DNA of 64,000 nucleotides from Candidatus Eiseniibacteriota bacterium (GTDB lineage Bacteria > Eisenbacteria > RBG-16-71-46 > JABDJR01): assembly GCA_963783375.1 (NCBI GenBank), contig CAWANH010000028.1, positions 1,728,001 to 1,792,000 on the forward strand. Reading direction: 5' to 3'. The notes under the pieces are model-generated. The model had not been told where the DNA came from. It saw nothing but the letters and a program-made list of their open reading frames with translations, and searched no databases. The translations under genes were made by a program, and so were the position numbers. Each line of letters starts with the position of its first letter. Positions within the stretch are counted from its first letter, which is position 1. Shown here piece after piece: positions 1 through 10,470 of this stretch.

Positions 1-912
1 GCTCCCTGGGCCTACGTGTTCGGCCTCGTCCTGCTCCTCCTGGTCTACGTGCCGGGAATCGGGCACAGCGCGGCCGGCGCGCGCCGATGGCTCTCGGTCG
101 GCGGGGTCACCCTGCAGCCGGCGGATTTCGCGCGGCTGGGGCTGGTGGTCTATCTGGCCTTCCTGCTGTCCAAGCCGAGAGCGCGCCTGGAGCGGATCCA
201 GACCGGCCTGATGCCGTGTCTCATCGCCCTGGGCCTCATGTGCGTCCTGGTGGTCAAGCAGCCCAACCTGAGCACCACCCTGGCCCTGATCTGGATCACG
301 GCCCTCATGTTGGTGGCGGGACGGGTTCCCTTCCGGCACCTGGCGATCCTCACGGCGCCGGTGGCGGGGGCGATGCCCTTCATCCTGAAGAGCTATCAGT
401 TCACGCGGCTGGTGAACTTTCGGACCTTCTGGATCGACGGAGGGGATCTCCGGGGCGGCAACTATCAGCTCTACCAGTCCATCCTGGCCATCGGCTCGGG
501 GGGATGGTGGGGGAGGGGGTTGGGGGAGAGCCGGCAGAAGTGGTTCTTTCTGCCCGACGCCCACACCGATTTCATATTCGCGATCATAGGAGAAGAGCTT
601 GGCCTGATTGGGGCGGTTTTCTTGATCGGACTGTTCGTGATTTTGCTCTGGCGGGCGTATGAAGCGGCCCGCCGGGCGCCCGATCGATTCGGGTCGCTCC
701 TGGCCGTCGGGATCGGCGCGACCATTGCCGTCTATGCGGGAGTGAATCTCCTGGTGGCGACCGGATTGTTTCCGACCACCGGGCTTCCCCTGCCGCTCGT
801 GTCCTACGGCGGCTCCGCCGTCCTGGTCATGCTCTTCTCCCTGGGAATTCTGAACAACATCGCCTCCCAGGGCGATTCGACGCTCCTGGTGGGGATTGGA
901 GAGCAGGACTAA
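1..912 (+). CDS. ftsW: SEDS peptidoglycan glycosyltransferase FtsW (5'-truncated by window edge)
   Basis: Frame open from base 1; motifs GARRWL, LQP, QPNL, YQ..QS..AIGSGG, LPDAHTDFIFAIIGEELG, PTTGLPLPLVSYGGS; immediately upstream of murG. Confidence 0.95.
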   Translation, partial: APWAYVFGLVLLLLVYVPGIGHSAAGARRWLSVGGVTLQPADFARLGLVVYLAFLLSKPRARLERIQTGLMPCLIALGLMCVLVVKQPNLSTTLALIWITALMLVAGRVPFRHLAILTAPVAGAMPFILKSYQFTRLVNFRTFWIDGGDLRGGNYQLYQSILAIGSGGWWGRGLGESRQKWFFLPDAHTDFIFAIIGEELGLIGAVFLIGLFVILLWRAYEAARRAPDRFGSLLAVGIGATIAVYAGVNLLVATGLFPTTGLPLPLVSYGGSAVLVMLFSLGILNNIASQGDSTLLVGIGEQD

Positions 913-3068
913 ATGTCTGACGAACGCGAACAAGGAGCCCCCACGGGGCTCGCCGCCGACCAGGGGTCGGCAGATGAATCTTCCCAGGGCCAGCGTAGCG
1001 GGCGGCGCCGGCGCCGGGCCCGTCGGGGTTATGACGGCCGGCCGGAGTGGAAGCGCGAGAACGGCGGGGATCGCCCCGAAGGTCGTGAGCGCCCGTCCGA
1101 GGCTGCGGCCCCGCCTCCGGCCGATGCCGGCGGGGGGCGGCCCCCGCGCCGGGAAGACGACCGGGAGCCGGATCGGCCGGGCGGAAGCGGCGGGAGCGGT
1201 GGAAGCGGACCCTCCCGGCGGAGCCGCGAGGACCGCCCGGGGGGGGAAGGCGGAGATCGAGGCCGCGGCGAGGGATCGCGGGCCGATGCCCGGCCCGAGG
1301 GGTCCGGGCGGCGGGAACCCCGGGAACCGGGTCCGGAACGCCAAGCCCAGCGCGAAGGGGATGAGGGCCGAGGGGAGCCCCGCGAAGGAGAGCGGGAAGG
1401 GCGCGACCCACGCGCGGGCCGCGAGCGCGGCGGGCGGAGACGCCGGTCCCGCCGGCGCCCCCGGGATCGTTCGGGATCCGAAGCCGCTTCCGGCGAGCGG
1501 GCGGCGGCCGAGAGTCCGGCCGCGGCCCCGGCCGAACCCCGGCCCGAAACTTCGAGCCCGCCCCGGGCCGAGGCCCGACCCGAGCGGGTGGCGGAGCCTC
1601 GGGGGGGACGATCGGGCGAGCCCCGGGGGGACCGGCGGCGCTCCGGGAGTTCCCGCGGCGGCGGTGACGACAAACGACGGCGTTCCCGCGCCGGCGAAGG
1701 AGGGCGGGACCGGGACCGGGATCGCGATCGGAGCCGTGGCGCCCGTGGAGGGGAGCGCGGCGCGGTGCGTGAGCCCCGAGGCCGCGGAGGCCGGCCGGAG
1801 CGCGGAGGGCCCCGCCGGATTCCGGTGAATCGCGCGCGGCCGAGCGGGCCGCTGGCCAGCCCCACCTCCACCCTCATGCTTCCCCCCAGCCGGTGCGGGT
1901 TCTGATCGCCGGCGGGGGAACCGGCGGCCACATCATCCCCGCCCTCAGCATCGGCGAAGCGCTCCGGCGGCGGAACCCGGAGACCGAGGTGATGTTCCTG
2001 GGGTCGGACCGGGGGATCGAGCGGGAGATGCTCGCCGGCGCCGGGTACAAGCTGGAGGAGTTCTCCCTCCAGGGGCTTCCCAGCCGGCCCACCCTGGGCT
2101 CGGTCCGGGCCGCCCTCGCCATGTACCGGGCCTACCGGCGCATCCGCCGGATCATCGACGAGTTCCAGCCCAAGGTGCTGGTGGGGACCGGAGGGTACGT
2201 GACGGTGCCCGCGGTGATCGCCGCCCACCGGGCCGGGGTGCCGGTGGTGCTCCAGGAGCAGAACAGCGTTCCCGGGCGGGCCAACCGGTTCCTGGCCCGG
2301 TACGCCTCGGAGATCCACGTTCACTTCGCCGAGTCGCGCCGGTTCTTCAAGGACCGGGCCAAGCTCCGGCTATCCGGGAACCCGGTGCGCGTTCGGATCA
2401 GCGAGGGGCGCGCGCTTCGCACCCTGCACAACCTCCGCCTCTATCCCGACCGGAAGACGGTGCTGGTGCTCGGAGGCTCCCAGGGAGCTCACAGCCTGAA
2501 CCTGGCCTTCATCGACATGCTCGATCAGTTCCGCGGGGATCGCACCGTCCAGTTCGTGGTGCAGACCGGGAAGGAAGACCTGCGGGCGGTGCTCGACGCG
2601 GTGCGGACCACCGGAGCCAAGGCGGTGGTGCGGGCGTTCTTCAACGACATGGAGGAGATCTACGGGATCGCCCACCTGGTGGTGGCCAGGGCCGGGGCGA
2701 TGACCATCTCCGAGATCTCGGCCTGCGGGATCCCATCCATCCTCGTGCCGTATCCCCACGCCATGGACGATCACCAGACCATGAACGCCAACGCCCTGTC
2801 CTCGAAGGGGGCGGCGGTGCTGCTCCCCGATCGGGGGCTGACCGGGGAACGGCTGACCGAGGAGATCCGCAAGCTCCTGGCCGACCCCAAGGCCCTCCGC
2901 GACATGGCCCGGAACGCGTTCGCCCTGAGCCGGCCCGACGCGGCCCGCCGGATCGCCGAGGCGGTGGAGAAGCTGGGCGGAGGCGCTCCCCAATCGCAGC
3001 TCCACCTCCCCGAGGATTACGACAAGGAAGGTGAGGCGGAGGACGTGAGACAGGAGGAGAACGCCTAG
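913..3068 (+). CDS. murG: MurG glycosyltransferase (catalytic part 1893-3068), probably fused to a ~325-aa low-complexity N-terminal extension (913-1890) across a 1-nt indel in the C6 run at 1882-1887
   Basis: GGGTGGH, GTGGY, EQNSVPGRANR, GNPVR, GGSQGA, RAGAMT, DHQTMNA. ORF 913-1905 starts directly after the ftsW stop; adding one C gives ...MLPPQPVRVLIAGGG in frame; no SD before GTG 1893. Confidence 0.9.
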
Positions 3069-4469
3069 GTGTACGGCAGGATCGGTCGCATCCACATGAT
3101 CGGGATCGGGGGCTCGGGGATGAGCGGCATCGCCGAGGTGCTCCTCACCATGGGTTACGAGGTGAGCGGATCGGACCTCCACCGCACCCCGGTCACCGAC
3201 CACCTGGTGTCCCTGGGGGCACGGATCGCCGAGGGGCACCGGGCGGAGCTGGCGCGTGGGGCGGCGGTGGTGGTGGCCTCCACCGCGGTCCGCTCCACCA
3301 ACCCCGAGGTCGAGGAGGCGCGAAGGCTCAATATCCCGGTGATCGCCCGGGCGGAGATGCTGGCCGAGCTCATGCGGATGAAGCACGGGATCGCGGTTGC
3401 GGGCGCCCACGGCAAGACCACCACCACCTCGTTGGTGGCCTCGGTGCTGGCCGCGGGGGGCTTCGACCCCACCGTGGTGGTGGGGGGGCGGGTCCGGGCG
3501 CTGGGAACCAGCGCGAGGCTCGGCACCGGGGATTTCCTGGTGGCCGAGGCCGACGAGAGCGACGGCTCGTTCCTGCGCCTCACTCCCTCCATAGCGGTGA
3601 TCACCAACATCGACGAGGAGCACCTGGACCACTGGACCGGCGGGATCACCGAGATCCAGGACGCCTTCGTCACCTTCGCCAACAAGGTCCCCTTCTACGG
3701 GCTCTGCGTGGCGTGCATGGAGGATCCCCGGGTGCGGGAGGTGTTCTCCCGGCTGGAGCGTCGCGTGACGACCTACGCCGTCACCCAGCCCGCCCACTTC
3801 CGGGTGAGCGAGATCCGGACCCACGACGACTACACCACCACCTTCGACGTGTTCGAGAATGACTTTCTACTGGGACGGGCGCGGATTCACATGCCGGGCC
3901 GTCACAACGCCCTGAACGCTCTGGCCGCGGTGGCGGTGGGACGCGAGCTGGACATGAGCGCCCCGGCCATCTTCGGGGCCCTGGACGCCTTCGAGGGGGT
4001 ATCCCGGCGCTTCGAGATCAAGGGGGAGGCGTCCGGGGTCATGGTGGTGGACGACTACGGCCACCACCCGAGCGAGATCCGCGCCGTGCTCCGGGCGGCC
4101 AAGGAGCACGGGGAGCACCGGGTGGTTGCGCTGTTCCAGCCCCATCGCTACAGCCGCACCCGCGATCTCATGGCCGAGTTCGGCACGGCCTTCGCCGACG
4201 CCGACCTGGTCTACGTGACCTCGATCTACGCCGCGGGGGAGGATCCCCTGGAGGGGGTGAGCGCCGAGGGCATCGTGGCCGCGATCCGGCGCTCGGGTCA
4301 CCCGGCCTGCCGGCTGGTTCCCGATACCGCCGATCTCCCCGAGGCGGTGCGCGCCGACCTCCGGGGAGGCGACGTGGTGATCACCCTGGGGGCGGGCAAC
4401 ATCCATCAGGCCGGCCAAGAGCTTCTCGACGAGCTGGCCTCCCACGGCGCCGGAGCGGCAACCCCGTGA
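3069..4469 (+). CDS. murC: UDP-N-acetylmuramate--L-alanine ligase
   Basis: HMIGIGGSGMSGIA, GAHGKTTT, EADESDGSF, DDYGHHPSE, FQPHRYSRT. Confidence 0.98.
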   Translation: MYGRIGRIHMIGIGGSGMSGIAEVLLTMGYEVSGSDLHRTPVTDHLVSLGARIAEGHRAELARGAAVVVASTAVRSTNPEVEEARRLNIPVIARAEMLAELMRMKHGIAVAGAHGKTTTTSLVASVLAAGGFDPTVVVGGRVRALGTSARLGTGDFLVAEADESDGSFLRLTPSIAVITNIDEEHLDHWTGGITEIQDAFVTFANKVPFYGLCVACMEDPRVREVFSRLERRVTTYAVTQPAHFRVSEIRTHDDYTTTFDVFENDFLLGRARIHMPGRHNALNALAAVAVGRELDMSAPAIFGALDAFEGVSRRFEIKGEASGVMVVDDYGHHPSEIRAVLRAAKEHGEHRVVALFQPHRYSRTRDLMAEFGTAFADADLVYVTSIYAAGEDPLEGVSAEGIVAAIRRSGHPACRLVPDTADLPEAVRADLRGGDVVITLGAGNIHQAGQELLDELASHGAGAATP

Positions 4470-5389
4470 GCCGGGGAGTCGCCGCGGCGCTCGAAGCCGC
4501 CCTCCCCGGCCGGGTACGGCGCGAGGTGCCGCTGGCCTCCTACTCCTCCTACAAGGTGGGGGGAGCGGCCGAGTACTTCGTCGAACCCCAAAGCGAGGCC
4601 GAGGTGGCGGCGGCGATCGGGGCGGCACGGGAGCATTCTCTCGCTCTCTTCGTCCTCGGCGGCGGGACCAACGTTCTCATCCGCGACGGCGGGGTGCGGG
4701 GAATGGTGCTCCGGCTCGGTCGGCCCTTCCGCACCGCCGAGGCGCGCGGGGTCGAGATCCGGGCGGGGGCGGTGGCTCCCATGTCCGCCGCGGCCCTGGC
4801 CGCGGAGCGGGCTGCCCTCGAGGGGCTGGAGTTCGGCTTCGACATTCCGGGCACGGTGGGCGGAGCGCTCCGCATGAACGCCGGCGCCCACGGCGGGGAG
4901 GTCCGGAACATCCTGAAGGAAGTCCACGGGGTCGATCTCGACGGCAACCCGATCCGGACCGTCGCCGCCGACATCCGCTTCGCCTATCGAACCACGGTAT
5001 ATCCGGTGGAGATGATCTTTCTCGCCGGGATCTTCACCCTTCACCCGGGGGATCCGGAGATCCTGGCCGCCCGTCGCCGGGAGTACCACGAGTACCGCCT
5101 GCGCACTCAGCCCAAGGGCAACAGCGTGGGCTCGGTGTTCGTGAACCCCGCCGGGGACCATGCCGGCCGGCTGATCGAAGCGGCGGGGCTCAAGGGCTTC
5201 CGGATCGGGGGGGCGGCGGTCTCTCTCAAGCACGCCAACTGGATCCTCAATGAAGGGGACGCCACCGCGGCGGACATCGAGGGGGTGATCCGCGAGGTCC
5301 AGGCCCGGGTGCGCGACCGTTTCGGGGTGGAGCTTCGGACCGAGGTCCGGATCGTGGGCGAGCCCGAGCCCCGGGGAGCGGTGCGGTGA
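4466..5389 (+). CDS. murB: UDP-N-acetylenolpyruvoylglucosamine reductase
   Basis: GGGTNVL, IPGTVGGALRMNAGA, GSVFVNP, KHANW; overlaps murC stop. Confidence 0.97.
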   Translation: MSRGVAAALEAALPGRVRREVPLASYSSYKVGGAAEYFVEPQSEAEVAAAIGAAREHSLALFVLGGGTNVLIRDGGVRGMVLRLGRPFRTAEARGVEIRAGAVAPMSAAALAAERAALEGLEFGFDIPGTVGGALRMNAGAHGGEVRNILKEVHGVDLDGNPIRTVAADIRFAYRTTVYPVEMIFLAGIFTLHPGDPEILAARRREYHEYRLRTQPKGNSVGSVFVNPAGDHAGRLIEAAGLKGFRIGGAAVSLKHANWILNEGDATAADIEGVIREVQARVRDRFGVELRTEVRIVGEPEPRGAVR

Positions 5390-6264
5390 CCGGACCCAAC
5401 CGGCGGGGAATCGACTCCCCCCGCGACGACGGTGCGCGGCGGGCGTTGGCCCGGCGCCGGCGCCGCCGGCGGGTGCACCGGGGGGTGGCCTGGGCGGTGG
5501 TGGGCGCGGTGGCGGTGGGGATTGGAATCACCGTGGCCCTGGGCTGGCACGCCGGCCTCGGGTGGGCGCGCACCCACACCCGGATTTTCGCGGTGCGCCA
5601 GGTGGACGTGGCGCCGACCCGGTGGGTCCCCCCCTGGGAGATCATCGAACGGACCCGGGTGTATCCCGGCGACGACATCCTGGCCGTGGTCCCGGACTCG
5701 GTGGCGGCGCGGGTGGCCGCGATTCCCCGGGTGGCCGCGGTCAGGGTCCGGCGGACCTGGAAACGAAGGATCGAGGTGGAGGTCACCGAAAAGGTCCCGG
5801 TGGCCCTGCTCCTGGACGGACGGCCCGAGGAAGTGGCGGCGGACGGCACCGTGCTCGGCCCGCCGCCCGCTCACAGCCGCCCGGAATGGCCGCTCCCGGA
5901 CAGCGCGGCCCGCTACGCCCGAGGGGTGGAGCTTCCGCTCCTCACCGGGATCGGGGGCCGGCCTCCGGCCTGGGGGCGCCGGCTGGACGGCGAGGGGGCG
6001 CGCCAGGCGCTGGCGTTCCTGGTCCGGCTCCGCAGCTATGGGGACCGGGGCGAAAGCTGGATCAGCGAGGTGCGGGTGGAGCGGCCGGGAGAGCTGACGG
6101 CGGTGACCCTGGCCGGGGTCACGGTGCGGATCGGGGACGGAAGGCTCAGCCGGCGGAAGGTCGAGGCCCTCCTCGCGGTCCTGGAGCGGGTGCGGAAGGA
6201 CGGGACGGAGGTCCTGTACGTGGACGCCCGGTTCCGCAACCAGGTGATCATCAAGCAAGGATGA
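5386..6264 (+). CDS. ftsQ: Cell division protein FtsQ/DivIB
   Basis: Basic N-terminus, one TM helix, POTRA-like region ending IEVEVTEKVPVA, C-terminal YVDARF; between murB and ftsA. Confidence 0.88.
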   Translation: MTGPNRRGIDSPRDDGARRALARRRRRRRVHRGVAWAVVGAVAVGIGITVALGWHAGLGWARTHTRIFAVRQVDVAPTRWVPPWEIIERTRVYPGDDILAVVPDSVAARVAAIPRVAAVRVRRTWKRRIEVEVTEKVPVALLLDGRPEEVAADGTVLGPPPAHSRPEWPLPDSAARYARGVELPLLTGIGGRPPAWGRRLDGEGARQALAFLVRLRSYGDRGESWISEVRVERPGELTAVTLAGVTVRIGDGRLSRRKVEALLAVLERVRKDGTEVLYVDARFRNQVIIKQG

Positions 6265-7505
6265 GGGAAAGGCAGGTGAGCGTCCGGATGCGAAGCTACG
6301 TCGGACTGGACATCGGGACCACCAAGGTGGCCGCGGTCATCGCCGAGCCGGATGAAAGCGGGGCCCTAAAGGTCGTGGGGGTCGGCCACGCCCCCTCGGG
6401 GGGGATCCGCCGCGGGGTGGTGGTGGACCTGGAGAACACCGTGCAGTCCATCCGGACCGCGGTGGCCGAAGCGGAGCGCATGTCGGGGATCCCGGTGCGG
6501 ACGGTGACCGCGGGCATCGCCGGTGAGCACGTCCGCTCCATCAACAGCCGCGGGGTCATCGCGGTGAGCCGCGGCGGGACGGAAATCGGCCCCGACGACG
6601 TGGCCCGGGTGGTGGAGGCGGCACGGGCGGTGGCCATTCCCGGGGACCGGGAAGTGCTGCACGTCATTCCCCAGGAATTCGTGGTGGACGATCAGGCGGG
6701 CATCCGCAATCCGGTGGGGATGAGCGGGGTCCGTCTCGAGGCCGAGGTGCACATCGTGACCGGGGCCGCCACCAGCGCCCGGAACGTGGAGAAGGCGGTC
6801 CAGCGGGCCGGGCTTCGGGCGACGAGCCTGGTGCTGGAGCCCCTGGCCTCCTCGGCGGCGGTCCTGGCCGCCGACGAGAAGGAACTGGGGTGCCTCCTCA
6901 TCGACCTCGGGGGCGGGACCACCGACGTGGCCCTGTTCTACGAGGGAGCGGTCCGCCATACCGCGATCATCGGGCTGGGCGGGAACAACGTGACCCACGA
7001 TCTGGCGGTGGGGCTTCGCACCCCCACCGAGTCGGCGGAGGAACTCAAGATCCGCCACGGCTCGGCCATGGCCTCCCGGGTCTCGTCGGAGGAGACGGTG
7101 GAGGTACCGGGGGTGGGGGGGCGCGAGTCCAAGCCGATTCCCCGGCAGGTTCTGGCCTCGATGATCGAACCGCGTATGGAAGAGATCTTCACGATGGTAT
7201 ATCGTGAGGTCAAAAAGAACCTCTTCAGCGAGTTATTGGCGGGCGGCGTGGTCCTGACCGGGGGTGGAGCGGGCATGGAAGGGGTCGAGGACCTGGCCGA
7301 ACGCATCTTCGAGATGCCGGTCCGCCGCGGGATTCCCCGCGGGGTGGTCGGCATCCTGGAGGCGGTGGAGGATCCGCGCTACGCGACCGCGGTGGGGCTC
7401 GTGATCTACGCCCGGGAGAAGGACGGGGAGGAACGGTTCGACGACCCCCGGCTCCTGACCCGGATCGCGGCGCCGGTGCGGCGGTGGCTGGGGGAGTTTT
7501 TCTAG
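6261..7505 (+). CDS. ftsA: Cell division protein FtsA (start 6261, 6276 or 6288)
   Basis: GLDIGTTKV, IPQEFVVDDQ, GMSGVRLEAEVH, IDLGGGTTD, VLTGGGA, amphipathic tail RRWLGEFF. Confidence 0.98.
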   Translation: MRERQVSVRMRSYVGLDIGTTKVAAVIAEPDESGALKVVGVGHAPSGGIRRGVVVDLENTVQSIRTAVAEAERMSGIPVRTVTAGIAGEHVRSINSRGVIAVSRGGTEIGPDDVARVVEAARAVAIPGDREVLHVIPQEFVVDDQAGIRNPVGMSGVRLEAEVHIVTGAATSARNVEKAVQRAGLRATSLVLEPLASSAAVLAADEKELGCLLIDLGGGTTDVALFYEGAVRHTAIIGLGGNNVTHDLAVGLRTPTESAEELKIRHGSAMASRVSSEETVEVPGVGGRESKPIPRQVLASMIEPRMEEIFTMVYREVKKNLFSELLAGGVVLTGGGAGMEGVEDLAERIFEMPVRRGIPRGVVGILEAVEDPRYATAVGLVIYAREKDGEERFDDPRLLTRIAAPVRRWLGEFF

Positions 7506-7599
7506 AGGGGAGCCCGCGCCGGCCGAGGCCGACGATGGTTCTCCGCGGGCAGGTGATGGCCCGACGTCAAGCCCCTGAGGGGCAAAAGGAGGGTACGCG

Positions 7600-8766
7600 A
7601 TGATGTTGGAACTGGTGGAGCCGAAGACGCACGCCGTGCTGAAGGTGATCGGGGTGGGTGGCGCCGGCGGCAACGCCGTCAACGGGATGGTCCAGGGGGG
7701 CCTCGCCGGGGTCGAGTTCCTGGCCATGAACTCGGACGCCCAGGTCCTGGAGCAGAGCCTGGCCGGTCACAAGGTCCAGCTGGGGAGCGCGGCCACCCAG
7801 GGGCTGGGCTGCGGCGGGAAGCCGGAGGTGGGGGCCCAGTCCGCCGAGGAATCCGCCGAGGACATCCGCGACGCGGTCCGCGGGGCGGACATGGTGTTCA
7901 TCACCGCCGGAATGGGCGGCGGGACCGGCACCGGGGCCTCGCCGGTGGTGGCCCGGGTGGCCCGGGAGGAGGGGGCGCTGACCGTGGCCGTGGTCACCAA
8001 GCCCTTCATCTTCGAAGGCCGCCAGCGGGGCCGCCAGGCCGAAGAGGGGCTGGCCGCGCTCCGGGACGAGGTCGACACCCTGATCGTGATCCCCAACCAG
8101 CGGCTCCTGACCGTGACCGACAAGATGACCACCCTCCTGGACGCGTTCAAGCGCGCGGACGAGGTCCTCTTCCACGCCACCCGCGGGATCAGCGATCTCA
8201 TCACCGTCCCCGGCCTCATCAACCTCGACTTCGCCGACGTGAAGGCGGTGATGTGCGCCCGGGGGAACGCTCTCATGGGCACGGGCTACGCCTCGGGCGA
8301 GTCCAGCGCCGAGGACGCGGCCCGCATGGCCATTTCGAGCCCGCTCCTGGAGGACGTCTCCATCGCCGGGGCCGAGGCGGTGCTGGTCAACATCTGCGGC
8401 GGCCAGGATCTGGGCATCCACACCGTGAGCGAGTCGATGAACATCATCAACGAAGCGGTGGGCGGCGATGCCAACGTGATCTTCGGCGCGGTCATCGACC
8501 CCGAGATGGGGGACGGCGTGCGGATCACGGTCATCGCCACCGGATTCGGCCAGCCCCCGGTCGAGGAGCGGGCGAGCGATGCACCGAGGCCTCGGACCCG
8601 CGGCGAATCCGCCCTGGACCGGTTGATGAACCGCGCCCCCGTCGATCCCGACCGCGCGGGCGATCGTCCGGCGCCCGGGCCGGCCTATCTTCGGGAGCGG
8701 TGGGAACGGGTTCACGGCCAGGAGAGCCTGGACGTGCCTGCATTCATACGGAAGCAGATGGATTGA
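7600..8766 (+). CDS. ftsZ: Cell division GTPase FtsZ
   Basis: KVIGVGGAGGNAVN, GMGGGTGTG, LINLDFADV, C-terminal LDVPAFIRKQMD; SD AGGAGG. Confidence 0.99.
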   Translation: MMLELVEPKTHAVLKVIGVGGAGGNAVNGMVQGGLAGVEFLAMNSDAQVLEQSLAGHKVQLGSAATQGLGCGGKPEVGAQSAEESAEDIRDAVRGADMVFITAGMGGGTGTGASPVVARVAREEGALTVAVVTKPFIFEGRQRGRQAEEGLAALRDEVDTLIVIPNQRLLTVTDKMTTLLDAFKRADEVLFHATRGISDLITVPGLINLDFADVKAVMCARGNALMGTGYASGESSAEDAARMAISSPLLEDVSIAGAEAVLVNICGGQDLGIHTVSESMNIINEAVGGDANVIFGAVIDPEMGDGVRITVIATGFGQPPVEERASDAPRPRTRGESALDRLMNRAPVDPDRAGDRPAPGPAYLRERWERVHGQESLDVPAFIRKQMD

Positions 8767-8798
8767 GCCGGTCGGCTCCTCCCGGAGGTGGACCGAAG

Positions 8799-10451
8799 GT
8801 GTCGTTTCTGAGTCGGATGTTCGGACGGTGGGGGAATCCCCACTATGCCCGCGGCATCATGCACTTCAACCGCCGGGAATATGCCGAAGCGGTGGCGGAG
8901 TTCGAGGCGCTCCTGGCCAAGGGAGCCGATCCCTCCAACCCCGACGTCGAGCTGGCCCGATTCTACGCCGCCGAGGCTCACGCCAAGCTGGGGCTGGCCC
9001 TCTACGCCAAGGGGGACTATGCCCCGGCCGAGGCCCAGTTCCGGAGCGCGGTGGAGGTGGAGGGAGACTATCCCGATCTCCACTACTACCTGGGCGTGTT
9101 GGCGGAGCGGCAGGGGCGGGCCCCCGAGGCCCTGCCCCACCTGGACCGGGCCCTGGAGCTGAACCCGGACTACGCCGAAGCCCTGGCCTACCGGGCGATC
9201 GTGAACCAGGCGATAGGAGAGCCCGAGGCGGCGTCGGCCGACCTGGACCGTCTATCCACCCTGAATTTCCAGATGCCCCCCTCGCTCAAACCCCCGCCGC
9301 GTCCACCGATCCCCGCCCACGCCCTCGAGGAGCTTCGGGCCGCGCTGGAGACTCGAACCCGGCCCGACGACCGGCTGGCCGCGGCGGCCGAGGCCTACGA
9401 CCGGGGAGACCTGGAGGCGGCCCGCTCGGCCCTGGAGGCGGCGGTGGCCGAAAAGCCCGGTTATGCCGATCTCCGGTGCCGCTACGGCCAGGTCCTGGCC
9501 GAGCTGGGCCGGCAGGAGGAGGCGGTCGCCGCCTTCGACGCCGCCCTGGCCCGAAATCCCGACTACGTGGAGGCCCTGCTCGCGCGGGGTCTGGCCCTCC
9601 TCGTGCTCGACCGCCCGTCGGAGGCCTGGGATTCCCTCCGGCGCGCCGGAGGGCTCAAACCCACTTTCGCGGACATCGCCTGCTACGAAGGGATCGCCGC
9701 GCTGCGATCCGGCCACCCGGCGCAGGCGGTGACCGCGCTCGGGCGCGCCCTCGAGCAGAACCCGCGCTATTGGCGCGCCCGGTTCGCCCTGGGTCAGGCG
9801 CGGGTGGCCCAGGGCGATACCGAGACCGGGCTCGCCGATCTCAAGGCCTCCCTGGATACGGATCGGCGCCTGGACGTGGCCCGGGCCTATCTGGGCTCTC
9901 TCCATCTCGACCGGGAGGAGTTCGGCGCCGCAACCGATCACCTGACCTTCGCGGTGAGCGCCCACCCCGACTACCCCGATCTCCGGCTCCAGCTCGGCTT
10001 GGCCCACCTCGGGTCGGGGATGCTGGACGCGGCGCGTCGGGAGATCGGCGAGGCGATCCGGCTCCATCCGGGCTACGTGAGCGCCCATACCGCGATGGGA
10101 CGCACCGAGATCGCGGCGGGGCATCCGACCGAGGCGATCCCGCACCTCGAGCGTAGCCTGGAGCTGGATCCCGGTCTGGCCGACGCGCGGCGGCTTCTGG
10201 CCGAGGTCCGGCTCGCCGCCGGGGACGAGGGACGGGCGGAGCAGGATTTCACCGCCGCCCTCGCCCTCAACCCGCACTACGTGGACGCGCTCCTCGGGCT
10301 GGGAATGCTGCGGCGCCGGCAGGGCCGGGACGCGGAGGCGCGGGAACTCTTCGGGCGGGCGCTGGAACTCCGGCCGGGGGATCCGGTCGCGGGGGCGTTC
10401 CTGGGACGGGTGGGCGGGGATGGCGGGTCGGAGGAGGGGCGGGGCGAGTGA
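8799..10451 (+). CDS. Multi-TPR protein (~550 aa)
   Basis: GTG start after GGAGG at 8784-8788; many repeats of the form P.YPDL.Y.LG / A..LNPDY.EA; no catalytic domain seen. Confidence 0.85.
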   Translation: MSFLSRMFGRWGNPHYARGIMHFNRREYAEAVAEFEALLAKGADPSNPDVELARFYAAEAHAKLGLALYAKGDYAPAEAQFRSAVEVEGDYPDLHYYLGVLAERQGRAPEALPHLDRALELNPDYAEALAYRAIVNQAIGEPEAASADLDRLSTLNFQMPPSLKPPPRPPIPAHALEELRAALETRTRPDDRLAAAAEAYDRGDLEAARSALEAAVAEKPGYADLRCRYGQVLAELGRQEEAVAAFDAALARNPDYVEALLARGLALLVLDRPSEAWDSLRRAGGLKPTFADIACYEGIAALRSGHPAQAVTALGRALEQNPRYWRARFALGQARVAQGDTETGLADLKASLDTDRRLDVARAYLGSLHLDREEFGAATDHLTFAVSAHPDYPDLRLQLGLAHLGSGMLDAARREIGEAIRLHPGYVSAHTAMGRTEIAAGHPTEAIPHLERSLELDPGLADARRLLAEVRLAAGDEGRAEQDFTAALALNPHYVDALLGLGMLRRRQGRDAEARELFGRALELRPGDPVAGAFLGRVGGDGGSEEGRGE

Positions 10452-10470
10452 GCGGAGGAGATCCCTCCGC

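Noticed and set aside
5386-6264. Absence of ddl between murB and ftsQ
   Set aside because: Common dcw variation; ddl may lie elsewhere.
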